From positions 32,700 through 96,699 of the forward strand of contig CANGZT010000001.1 of NCBI GenBank assembly GCA_947458955.1: 64,000 nucleotides of DNA, read 5' to 3'. Of the stretch, positions 29,684 through 39,272 are shown piece by piece. The notes beneath the pieces are model-generated. The model was not told where the DNA came from. It did not search any database and saw only the letters and a program-made list of their open reading frames with translations. Source of the DNA: Flavobacteriia bacterium. GTDB lineage: Bacteria > Bacteroidota > Bacteroidia > Flavobacteriales_D > Crocinitomicaceae. Numbering within the stretch: position 1 is the stretch's first letter; each line of letters starts with the position of its first letter. The translations under genes were made by a program, and so were the position numbers.

Positions 29684-31720
29684 TTAGTTTTTTTTCATGT
29701 TAGCATTTTGTGTTTCAATTTGCCAAACATGTTCAGTAATAGGTTGATTATCTTTTGAGTAAGTAATAGAATTTTTAGTAACTGTTCTAACATAAACAGC
29801 CCCATAGCCATTTTTTACAACAATTCTTCGGGTAATAACAGCATAAGCGAGTCCTCGATCATCATTTTTATTGAAGGATTCTTCCGTCACTCCTTCTGGA
29901 TAGGAAGCACCGAGTGAATTGGCTGCTTTATCATCAAATTTGATAGATTTGTTATCTATGTTTTCAAATAAATCTCTAATGTCTTGAGATTTATCAAATT
30001 GTTTTCTTTCTTCAGAATCATAATTATCAGAAAGGTTATTTGATTTGTTTGAAATTATTGAAGCATCAGAAGATGAATTAACAGAGGGTAATGAAGCATT
30101 TATTTTTGAAATATTTGTATTCAATTGATCCATGGTTGAAAATTCATTTTGATATTCTTTTTTAGTTGCTTCTGTACTAGCATCATAGTTTTTTTGATCA
30201 ATTTTTTTCAGTTGATTAATTGACGAATTTTGACTGTTTTTACCTTTATTTTCAAATTCTGAATTATCAATTTCAACCTTATTAATGTTTAATTGCGTAT
30301 TTTCATTTGCCTTATTTCTGATCAATTCATTTTCATCATTATTATTACTCATTACCTGATTAAGTGCGAGTAATTGATTTGATTGGTCTTTCTGTTTTGT
30401 ATCGTTGTTAATTAATAAGCTGTCCATTGATTTACCATCAACTTTGGTTATTCTATCCGTATTTAATACAACATTCTTATTAGTCATTTTTGAAATAGAG
30501 TCTTCATTTAAATTGATTTTAGTTGCAATGGTTGAAAAACCAACTTTATTGGTAATATTTTTATTAAATTGATTCCTAGTAGAGCTATCTTGTTTCAGCT
30601 CTTTCATTTCCATACCTTTATTTATTTCATAATGTTTTTGGTCATTAGAAAAATTCTTATCAATGTTATATTTATCTAATTCTATGAATGTGGAATCGAA
30701 TTTATCAATCTGATCAAATTTAGATAATTGATTATCGTTTATTTTCTTTTCTTCTTTCAGATTTAAATGATTTATGTCAGCTATCTTGTAATTTAATTCA
30801 TCTTTAATCTTCTTTTCTGCTATTTCAATACTATCATTAAATCTTGTAGTTTTAATAGCTAGATAAACATCCATTTCTGCTCCAACTGGCTTTTGAATAC
30901 TAGAAATACTATCGAGATTTTTATATTTTTCTGTTAATGAAATCGATGTTTTTATTCCTTTTTCATTTTGAAGATTCGAGTATTCATCATTGATGTTATT
31001 TAGTTTAACACTTTTTTTCTGAATTTCTTCTTTAAGTGAATCTTGTTGTATTTTGGAATTTGAGGTAACAGCATCTATTTTTTCCATTGCAGATTTAATA
31101 TCATTTTTTGATGAATTAATCTCTTTTTCCCTGTTTACCAATAGATTTTCTTCTTTGTATGACGATTTTATACCATTACTATCAATTGAATTATTTCTTC
31201 TATTTTGTCTTTTAGCTTCAGCTTCAGCTAAAATTTTTTCTGCGTCATTAATTGATAAATTAGAAGAAACTCCTAAATCTGGTAATGGAGCAGATTTCTC
31301 AACAGGTTTAGGGTTCAGTTTTGCATCTATTTCTTCTATTTTTCTTTTAGGGTATGCATCATTAGGTTTTAGTCCTAATGCTCTTTGATAGAGAGCCTTT
31401 GCGTTTTCAAGTTCGTTTAAGTTAAATTTTTCGTCCGCTTTATTGATAATTTTTTGGTAGTTCTTACCTTCTTCTTCACCAGTTTTGTTTTTTGAATTTG
31501 CAATGCTTTTGTCTCTTTGGTTTAGAGCATATTTATCTGATGGGTTTAATGAAAGAGCTTTCTCATATATATCTTTTGCCTCTATAAACTTATTTTGTGA
31601 AAACAGTCCATCTGCTTCACGAATGTATTTATTAAACTCATTTTTTTTATCATCAGAAAGTTGTGCTTTCAAATTGAAAAAAGAAAAAAGAAAAAGAATT
31701 GTGAAAAAAAAATTTTTCAT
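29684..31720 (-). CDS. TPR-repeat secreted protein with long low-complexity Asn/Ser/Lys-rich middle
   Basis: Signal peptide and two N-terminal TPR units (FIEAKDIYEKALSLNPSD, LENAKALYQRALGLKPND). Confidence 0.6.
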   Translation of the reverse strand: MKNFFFTILFLFSFFNLKAQLSDDKKNEFNKYIREADGLFSQNKFIEAKDIYEKALSLNPSDKYALNQRDKSIANSKNKTGEEEGKNYQKIINKADEKFNLNELENAKALYQRALGLKPNDAYPKRKIEEIDAKLNPKPVEKSAPLPDLGVSSNLSINDAEKILAEAEAKRQNRRNNSIDSNGIKSSYKEENLLVNREKEINSSKNDIKSAMEKIDAVTSNSKIQQDSLKEEIQKKSVKLNNINDEYSNLQNEKGIKTSISLTEKYKNLDSISSIQKPVGAEMDVYLAIKTTRFNDSIEIAEKKIKDELNYKIADINHLNLKEEKKINDNQLSKFDQIDKFDSTFIELDKYNIDKNFSNDQKHYEINKGMEMKELKQDSSTRNQFNKNITNKVGFSTIATKINLNEDSISKMTNKNVVLNTDRITKVDGKSMDSLLINNDTKQKDQSNQLLALNQVMSNNNDENELIRNKANENTQLNINKVEIDNSEFENKGKNSQNSSINQLKKIDQKNYDASTEATKKEYQNEFSTMDQLNTNISKINASLPSVNSSSDASIISNKSNNLSDNYDSEERKQFDKSQDIRDLFENIDNKSIKFDDKAANSLGASYPEGVTEESFNKNDDRGLAYAVITRRIVVKNGYGAVYVRTVTKNSITYSKDNQPITEHVWQIETQNANMKKN

Positions 31721-31857
31721 TGAATTTGAAATTAGCTAAACAGAACTAACAAATATCTTAAAAAATAAAGACTTTATGAAAGTTTCTGTATCAAAAGAGC
31801 TAGGTTAATATTATTTTTAATTATTTTTAAATTATTCCATTTGATATTCAAATTACT

Positions 31858-34800
31858 ATGAATAATATAGTTTATTTACTAACACTTCTTTTTTGTTTGA
31901 TTTTTAGCTTCAAAGCTAGTTCACAATACTTACCAGATGATTTTATTTTGAAATTTAAAGATTCTGAAGAGCTTGTTTCGGTCAGTATTGCCAATAATAG
32001 TTATGTGGAACGATTTGTTAAATCTGAAGGGTTTTCTATTCAAAATAAAACAAAAAATTGGTTGTATTTACGTTTGAAAGGAAAATCTTATTATAAGTTA
32101 TTGCATTCTGAAATTGCAAGGTATGTTTATTCAGATTTCTCAGAACCAAGTTTTCTAAATGATTCATCTAGAGTAATCCATAGAGTTAACGAGGTGCACT
32201 CGGGTATGAATCTACCTAATAAATATACAGGAAGAAATGTTGTCGTAGGAATTATTGATTCTGGGGTAGATTTCTTACATGAAGACTTTAAAGATAGTAC
32301 TGGGAAAACTAGAATTTACAGATATTGGGATCAATCTGATAAATTTCCAACTAATATACCAAAACCTTATAATTATGGGATGATTTGGACTAAGAATGAT
32401 ATAGATAATGGAAAATGTACTGCTATTGATAATTCTGGTCATGGAACAAATGTTACTGGAGTAGCAGCTGGAAATGGAAGAGCAAATGGAAGAAATAAAG
32501 GAATGGCTCCCAATGCAACCATTGTGATGGTGGAAACAAATTTATCAGCAGCAAATTGGACATTAACAGTAGCGGATGCTTGTGATTATATATTTAAAGT
32601 TGCTGATAGTTTGGGCTTACCAGCTGTGATTAATATAAGTAATGGTGTTCAGTTTGGTTCTCATGATGGTTCGGATCCGGCATCCGAAAAAATTGAAGCA
32701 CTTTTAGATGAAAAGCCTGGTCGAATAGTTGTTGCTTCGGCTGGTAATTCTGGTAATGCAGGAAAATATCACATTCATGTTGATGTAAATTCAGACACCT
32801 CATTTTACTGGGTTAAACCTTCAATTAATGGTATTGCTGGAGTTAATACTATTTATGTAGATATGTGGTCGGATTCAATTGATTTTTCAACTGTTTTTTT
32901 TGGAACGGGTGCAAATTTAACTACGGGAAATTTTGCTTTACGTGGTGTTACACCATATCGAAATTTCAATCAAATTTTTACAAAATCACCTGGTGCATTT
33001 AGAGATACATTATATGGTTTTTCAGGTAATAAGTTAGCATATGTTGATTACTATGCTTCAATTGTAAACCGTATTGCTAGAATCGAATGGGTTGTAACTT
33101 CTATAGATAGTACGAATTATTTTTTTCAGTTTAGAGCTACAGGTTCTGGTAGTTTTGATGGCTGGAGTGGAGAGTTAAATAAGCGAAGTAATGGTAAAAC
33201 ATATACCGATTTTATTACTACTAATTTGCCAACTTCGATTGAACTACCAATGATGAAAAATTATGTGATGGCTGATACGTTACAAACTATTTTCTCATCT
33301 TACATATCATCTGAGAAGGTAATCACAGTAGGAAATATTTCTAACCGACATTCCTATAAATCAAAAGATGGTAATATATACTTTAGTAATTTTCCAGTAG
33401 GTAAAATATTTACAAGTTCTTCTAAGGGACCAAATAGAAAAAAGGTAATAAAACCAGATGTTGTTGCGACAGGAAATTACACATTGACTTCCGCCCCACT
33501 TTACCAATTAAATGATCCAAGTAGAAATAATAAAATTGATGAAGGAGGAATGCATTCTTTGAATGGAGGAACCTCAATGTCTGCACCTGTTATTGCAGGT
33601 ATTGCAGCTTTGTATTTAGAAAAGTGTTCGAGAGCAACATATTTTAATTTCAAAGATGATTTAACAAAATCTGCTTCAGCGAATCAATATTCTAGTATTT
33701 TACCTAATTATGCCTATGGTTATGGAATTGCAAATGCTTTAGAATTAGTTAAGTCAACATCAAATTCATTTACAAATATCGGGGATACAATTATTCAATG
33801 TGATTTGCCTGCAAAAGTGCAAATAAATGGTAAGAAAACAATTAATTCTGTTATTTGGAGTGATTTATCTAATTCTGTTACAAAAACTTTTTCAAAACCT
33901 GGTGTCTATCAATTTATTTCCTACGATCTTAATAATTGTTTTTCTAAAGATTCAATCAGAATTCAAATTGATACGCTTAAACCAAAAATCTCCATTTTTA
34001 ATAAAGATTCAAAAACGATTACTTGTTTTGGAGATCCTGTTAAGTTAACCGTTTCAGGAGCGGAAAAATATGTTTGGAATGGAGGTTCTTTTTTAAATAG
34101 AGATTCAAATTTCATTTCAATTCCAGGTATTTATAAAGTAATTGGAACAGGAAAAAACAATTGTACTAGTATTGATTCCATTTTAATTACAAAAGATCTA
34201 AATCCAACGGTATCAATTTTAAATAGTTCTATTGGTCAATATATCACTTGTAAACAAAAAAAAATTGATTTGAGCGCAACAGGAGCAGTCACATATTCAT
34301 GGAATCGTGGAAAGAGTTTGTCTGGTTTAACAAACCAAATAATTGACTCTGGTATGGTTGTTCTTGAAGGAAAAGATAACAAAGGTTGTATTGGAAAGGA
34401 TAGTATTTTAATTTTGGTTGACACGGTAAAGCCGAATTTAAAAATACAGTTTGTTGGTTCCAAATCGATTTCATGTAATAATGATCCTGTTGTTATTCAA
34501 GCTAGTGGAGCGGTTTATTATGACTGGGATGGAGGAAACTTTCCTAAAAACGCAAAAAACTTATTTTACTTACCAGGGAATTATAATGTAGTGGCCACGA
34601 ATTTAAATGGTTGTTTTACCAAAGATAGTATACGTTTGGATAAATTAGATTATCCAACAATTCCTACCATTGAACTTAAAGATTCTTTTTTGATTGCCTC
34701 AAAATCTATCAACTATCAATGGTATAAAGACGGAATTGAACTTAAAAATGATACATTGCAATCATTATTAGTAAATGAGAATGGAGTATATATGGTTGCT

Positions 34801-35097
34801 GTTAATTTGAATGGTTGCGTGTCAACTTCAAGTTATTTCAAAACGAATTTAAGCACAGAGAACATCTCCACTCTCCCTCTTTATTTGTTTCCAAACCCTT
34901 TAATTTCCAATCAATTTGAAATTAAAAACGTTTCTAAGAATAGACATATTGAAATAAAAGACATTACAGGAAAAAGTATTGACTTTGAAGAGGTAGGAGT
35001 CAATTTGTTTGAAATTAAAAACGCGACTAGTGGTATTTATTTTGTTTTAGTGAAAGATGGAAATCAAAATCAAACATTTAAAATCTTGAAAAATTAA
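31858..35097 (+). CDS. S8-family subtilisin-like serine peptidase with T9SS type A C-terminal sorting domain
   Basis: Catalytic triad motifs VGIIDSGVD, HGTNVTGVAAG and GGTSMSAPVIAG. Three ~70-aa Cys-containing Ig-like repeats. C-terminus is LFPNP...SGIYFVLVKDGNQNQTFKILKN. Confidence 0.9.
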   Translation: MNNIVYLLTLLFCLIFSFKASSQYLPDDFILKFKDSEELVSVSIANNSYVERFVKSEGFSIQNKTKNWLYLRLKGKSYYKLLHSEIARYVYSDFSEPSFLNDSSRVIHRVNEVHSGMNLPNKYTGRNVVVGIIDSGVDFLHEDFKDSTGKTRIYRYWDQSDKFPTNIPKPYNYGMIWTKNDIDNGKCTAIDNSGHGTNVTGVAAGNGRANGRNKGMAPNATIVMVETNLSAANWTLTVADACDYIFKVADSLGLPAVINISNGVQFGSHDGSDPASEKIEALLDEKPGRIVVASAGNSGNAGKYHIHVDVNSDTSFYWVKPSINGIAGVNTIYVDMWSDSIDFSTVFFGTGANLTTGNFALRGVTPYRNFNQIFTKSPGAFRDTLYGFSGNKLAYVDYYASIVNRIARIEWVVTSIDSTNYFFQFRATGSGSFDGWSGELNKRSNGKTYTDFITTNLPTSIELPMMKNYVMADTLQTIFSSYISSEKVITVGNISNRHSYKSKDGNIYFSNFPVGKIFTSSSKGPNRKKVIKPDVVATGNYTLTSAPLYQLNDPSRNNKIDEGGMHSLNGGTSMSAPVIAGIAALYLEKCSRATYFNFKDDLTKSASANQYSSILPNYAYGYGIANALELVKSTSNSFTNIGDTIIQCDLPAKVQINGKKTINSVIWSDLSNSVTKTFSKPGVYQFISYDLNNCFSKDSIRIQIDTLKPKISIFNKDSKTITCFGDPVKLTVSGAEKYVWNGGSFLNRDSNFISIPGIYKVIGTGKNNCTSIDSILITKDLNPTVSILNSSIGQYITCKQKKIDLSATGAVTYSWNRGKSLSGLTNQIIDSGMVVLEGKDNKGCIGKDSILILVDTVKPNLKIQFVGSKSISCNNDPVVIQASGAVYYDWDGGNFPKNAKNLFYLPGNYNVVATNLNGCFTKDSIRLDKLDYPTIPTIELKDSFLIASKSINYQWYKDGIELKNDTLQSLLVNENGVYMVAVNLNGCVSTSSYFKTNLSTENISTLPLYLFPNPLISNQFEIKNVSKNRHIEIKDITGKSIDFEEVGVNLFEIKNATSGIYFVLVKDGNQNQTFKILKN

Positions 35098-35147
35098 TGT
35101 TTACAAACATTTATTTCTTTATTTTTGGCAAACAAATATTTTAGTGA

Positions 35148-35654
35148 ATGAATTTAACAGGTATTATTGCTATTTCCGGAAGACCGGGTTTATTTAAAGT
35201 TGTTGCTCAAGGAAAAAACAATTTAATTGTTGAATCTTTAGAAGACGGAAAACGTTTTCCTGCATATTCAACAGATCGTATCTCAGCTTTAGAGGATATT
35301 AGTGTTTACACATATGAAGAAGATGCTTCCCTAGGTGAGTTATTTGAAACAATTTTTCATAAAGAAAATGGTGGAGAAGCACCATCACACAAAGCAGATA
35401 AACTTACACTTGAAAATTATTTGTTAGAAGTTTTACCAAATTACGACCAAGAAAGAGTTTATTTTTCTGATTTAAAGAAAATTTTTCAATGGTATAATTT
35501 ATTACACAAATCTGGTTTGTTAATACCGACTGAAACTGAATCTGAAAAGATTGAGGAGGCAGTTGTTGTTGAAGAAACCGTTGTTTCAGAAACAGAAGAA
35601 AAACCTAAAGCTAAAAGAGCTCCAAGAAAAAAAGTGGTTAAGACTGAAGAATAA
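35148..35654 (+). CDS. conserved Bacteroidota protein (DUF5606-like) with Glu/Lys-rich tail
   Basis: N-terminus GIIAISGRPGLFKVVAQGKNNLIVESL, as remembered for this family. The family name comes from memory and was not verified. Confidence 0.5.
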   Translation: MNLTGIIAISGRPGLFKVVAQGKNNLIVESLEDGKRFPAYSTDRISALEDISVYTYEEDASLGELFETIFHKENGGEAPSHKADKLTLENYLLEVLPNYDQERVYFSDLKKIFQWYNLLHKSGLLIPTETESEKIEEAVVVEETVVSETEEKPKAKRAPRKKVVKTEE

Positions 35655-35672
35655 CTTAAGTTTTATAATTAT

Positions 35673-35705
35673 AAAAAAAGTGTCTATGATTAGACACTTT
35701 TTTTG
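35673..35705 (+). terminator. rho-independent terminator
   Basis: AGTGTCT-ATGATT-AGACACT hairpin (35679-35698) plus a T-run. Confidence 0.8.
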
Positions 35706-35772
35706 TTTTATTAGATATTGTCACCCCTCACAAACCTATCTCAAAGGTTGAAATACAATTTAGGTTCTATTT

Positions 35773-36387
35773 TTATTCAAAATCATTTATTTCTGTAGGG
35801 TTTTCTAAGATGTTTTCAGCAAGTTTTATCGTGTTTTTCCCCTCTACGCTATCAATAATCCATTTTTGACATTTAGGAAAACTATCTGTCATTCTAGCAA
35901 TATGAATTACCGATGATGCTTTTACACATTTTTCAGCTTCAAATACAATAAAATATTTCAGTTTGTTGATATTTAATCCGTTTTGAAAGTACATTTCATT
36001 TAAACGTTTTGGTGTTCCAATCACAATATCCGCTCCATTAAATAAAGCAATTCGTTGTTTTACTTTATCTCCTTGTTCGAAAACAAGCGTATGAATCATC
36101 TGTGTTCTTTTGGATATTTTTAACCACATTGATTCAATCCACAAACAAATATCTTTCGAAGGTGCTACTATTAATATTCGTGGAGCATCATCCTCTGCTG
36201 GGATTTGAAGTACTTCTACCATTCCAGCGAGAACAGAAATCAAGGTATTCTCTGTATCGGTTGAAAGAGCAATTACATCTCCACCTGATTTCATTTTTGA
36301 AAAACAAAAAGATTGTATTTCAGTTTCAAGTGAAATTTGATTTAATGTTAAATTCTCTATCAATTGTTCAAATTTGATTTTAGGCAT
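35773..36387 (-). CDS. stand-alone degenerate DEAD-box helicase domain-1-like protein
   Basis: Collinear with DEAD-box domain 1, but Walker A is replaced (STDTENT), PTREL becomes PSKDI, TPGRL becomes TPKRL and DEAD becomes FEAE. No domain 2 is present. Confidence 0.5.
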   Translation of the reverse strand: MPKIKFEQLIENLTLNQISLETEIQSFCFSKMKSGGDVIALSTDTENTLISVLAGMVEVLQIPAEDDAPRILIVAPSKDICLWIESMWLKISKRTQMIHTLVFEQGDKVKQRIALFNGADIVIGTPKRLNEMYFQNGLNINKLKYFIVFEAEKCVKASSVIHIARMTDSFPKCQKWIIDSVEGKNTIKLAENILENPTEINDFE

Positions 36388-36491
36388 ACCTTTAATTTTC
36401 AGCAAAAATAGGATTAAAACTTTTTTATCGCTTGCGTGTTCTAAAAAAAGCGAGATAAATCGTTAAATTTAAACTTCAAATAGAGACAACG

Positions 36492-39263
36492 TTGGAAAAA
36501 TTCATTCATATTAAAGGTGCTAGGGTAAATAACCTTAAAAATCTCGAAGTTAAAATACCACATGGAAAATTTACTGTGATTACTGGTTTGTCTGGTTCTG
36601 GTAAATCTTCCCTTGCCTTTGATACATTGTATGCAGAAGGTCAGCGTAGATATGTTGAAAGTTTATCTTCTTATGCGCGTCAATTTTTAGGAAAATTAGA
36701 CAAGCCAGAAGTTGATTTTATTAAGGGAATTGCTCCTGCGATAGCGATAGAACAAAAAGTAACCTCTACTAATCCAAGATCCACTGTTGGTACGAGTACT
36801 GAAATATATGATTATTTAAAAGTCCTTTTTGCACGTGTTGGTAAAACGATTTCCCCTATTTCTGGAAATGAAGTAAAAAAGCACAGTGTATCTGATGTGG
36901 TTGATTATATAAAATCAATACAGGAAGGGACGAAAATATTAATCTTATCCCCTATTCTCTCTTTCGAAAAATATGGTGTTGAAAGACAATTGTCGCTTTT
37001 GAAAGAACAAGGTTTTGCTAGGGTTTTAATTCAAAATGAAGTACTTGATTTAGATGAAGTAAATTCGGATACACAAGGTATACTAAAAGCAAAACTTGTA
37101 ATTGATAGAATAAAATCAACTACAGATGAAGATGCTTTATTACGTGTTTCAGATTCTGTATCTTTAGCATTTTCAGAAGGTAATGGAAATTGTGAATTAT
37201 TTTTACCTGATACGGAGGAGATAATACAATTTAACAATCGATTTGAGTTGGATGGTATGGAATTCGTTGAGCCTACGGAACAATTTTTCACATTTAATAA
37301 TCCGTATGGTGCATGTAAACGTTGTGAAGGTTTTGGTTCTGTTATTGATATAGATCCAAAACTAGTGATTCCTGACCCTACCTTGAGTGTTTATCAAGGG
37401 GCTATTGCCTGTTGGAAAGGAGAAACTATGGGAGAATACCTAAGAGATTTGGTCCTAGTATCTACTAAATTTGATTTCCCAATTCATCGACCAATTGAAG
37501 AATTAACTCAGGAACAATATAACCTACTTTGGTCTGGAAATAAATATTTTATGGGATTAAATGCTTTCTTTAGTTTTCTGGAAAGTCAAACCTACAAAAT
37601 ACAATATCGCGTGATGCTTTCTCGTTATCGAGGTAAAACAATTTGCCCTGATTGCCGAGGTACACGTCTGAGAAAAGACAGTAATTATGTTTTTGTAGGA
37701 GGAAAAACAATTACTGATATAGTTTTAATGCCTATTAGAGAAAGTTTTCATTTTTTTGATACGATACAATTAACTGATTATGAAGAAAAATTAGCTTCTC
37801 GTATTTTAACTGAAATCAAAAATCGTTTACAATTTTTATGTGAAGTTGGCTTGGAATACCTTACTTTAAATCGAACTTCGAATACTTTATCAGGTGGTGA
37901 ATCTCAACGAATCAATTTAGCGACTTCTTTAGGAAGTAGTTTAGTCGGTTCAATGTATATTCTTGATGAACCTAGTATTGGCTTACACCCAAGGGATACC
38001 AAACGATTGATTAGTGTATTAGAAAATTTGAGAGATATTGGAAATACAGTAATTGTTGTTGAACACGAGGAAGACATGATGAAAGCTGCTGATGAAATTT
38101 TAGATATTGGTCCGATGGCGGGGATATATGGTGGAGAGGTTGTTTTTCAAGGAAATGACTCACAATTACGCAGTCAAAAAAATAGTCTTACTGCGCAATA
38201 TCTAACCAAAGAACGAGTTATTCCCATTCCTGAAAGAAGAAGAAAATCTAATCAATATATTGAAATACTAGAGGCAAAAGAAAATAATTTACAAGGAGTT
38301 ACAGTTAAAATTCCATTATATAGTTTCGTTTGTGTAACTGGAGTTAGTGGTTCAGGTAAGTCTACTTTAATTAAGGAAGTATTATTTCCAGAAATCAGAA
38401 AGAAACTTGGTGTTTTTGGAGATTATCAAGGAGAAAGTAAAGGAATCGATGGAGATGTAAAGCTGATCAAAGCGATTGAAATGATCGATCAAAATCCAAT
38501 TGGTAAGTCTTCTAGAAGTAATCCGGTTACTTATGTGAAGGCCTTTGATGACATTCGAGACCTTTATTCAAGACAATCTATATCAAAATCAAGAGGTTAT
38601 AAACCCGGTTTTTTTAGTTTCAATGTTGAAGGAGGTCGTTGTGAAATGTGTGAAGGAGAGGGTTCAATCACTGTAGGAATGCAATTTATGGCTGATGTTC
38701 ATCTTACATGTGATTCTTGTAATGGTTTAAGATATAAATCTGAAACACTTGAAGTTACTTATCGAGGAAAAAATATTGCAGATTTACTTACAATGGATAT
38801 AAGTGAGGCTCTAGCTTTTTTTAAAGAACAAAAAGGAACCCTTGAAGATAAAATTGTGGCTAAAATTCAACCATTAGAAGATGTTGGTTTAGGCTATGTA
38901 AAAATGGGACAATCTTCCAGTACGCTTTCAGGTGGTGAAGCACAGCGAATAAAACTTGCTTCCTTTTTGACTAAAGGAACAAATTCTCAACATACCCTTT
39001 TTATTTTTGATGAACCTACTACGGGATTACATTTTTATGATATAGAGAAATTACTAATTGCCTTCCAACGATTAATCGATGCAGGCAATTCAATCGTAGT
39101 TATAGAACACAATGGAGATATTATTAAATGTGCGGATTGGGTTATTGATTTAGGTCCAGAGGGGGGTGATCTAGGAGGAAAAATTGTGTTTGAAGGAACA
39201 CCGGAGGAATTAATTAATACAGCAGATAATTATACGGGTATTCATTTAAAAGATAAATTTTAG
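36492..39263 (+). CDS. uvrA: excinuclease ABC subunit A
   Basis: Two ABC modules (GLSGSGKSSLAF, GVSGSGKSTL, LSGGESQR/LSGGEAQR) and zinc-finger Cys clusters. TTG start. Confidence 0.9.
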   Translation: MEKFIHIKGARVNNLKNLEVKIPHGKFTVITGLSGSGKSSLAFDTLYAEGQRRYVESLSSYARQFLGKLDKPEVDFIKGIAPAIAIEQKVTSTNPRSTVGTSTEIYDYLKVLFARVGKTISPISGNEVKKHSVSDVVDYIKSIQEGTKILILSPILSFEKYGVERQLSLLKEQGFARVLIQNEVLDLDEVNSDTQGILKAKLVIDRIKSTTDEDALLRVSDSVSLAFSEGNGNCELFLPDTEEIIQFNNRFELDGMEFVEPTEQFFTFNNPYGACKRCEGFGSVIDIDPKLVIPDPTLSVYQGAIACWKGETMGEYLRDLVLVSTKFDFPIHRPIEELTQEQYNLLWSGNKYFMGLNAFFSFLESQTYKIQYRVMLSRYRGKTICPDCRGTRLRKDSNYVFVGGKTITDIVLMPIRESFHFFDTIQLTDYEEKLASRILTEIKNRLQFLCEVGLEYLTLNRTSNTLSGGESQRINLATSLGSSLVGSMYILDEPSIGLHPRDTKRLISVLENLRDIGNTVIVVEHEEDMMKAADEILDIGPMAGIYGGEVVFQGNDSQLRSQKNSLTAQYLTKERVIPIPERRRKSNQYIEILEAKENNLQGVTVKIPLYSFVCVTGVSGSGKSTLIKEVLFPEIRKKLGVFGDYQGESKGIDGDVKLIKAIEMIDQNPIGKSSRSNPVTYVKAFDDIRDLYSRQSISKSRGYKPGFFSFNVEGGRCEMCEGEGSITVGMQFMADVHLTCDSCNGLRYKSETLEVTYRGKNIADLLTMDISEALAFFKEQKGTLEDKIVAKIQPLEDVGLGYVKMGQSSSTLSGGEAQRIKLASFLTKGTNSQHTLFIFDEPTTGLHFYDIEKLLIAFQRLIDAGNSIVVIEHNGDIIKCADWVIDLGPEGGDLGGKIVFEGTPEELINTADNYTGIHLKDKF

Positions 39264-39272
39264 ATTTGTAGA

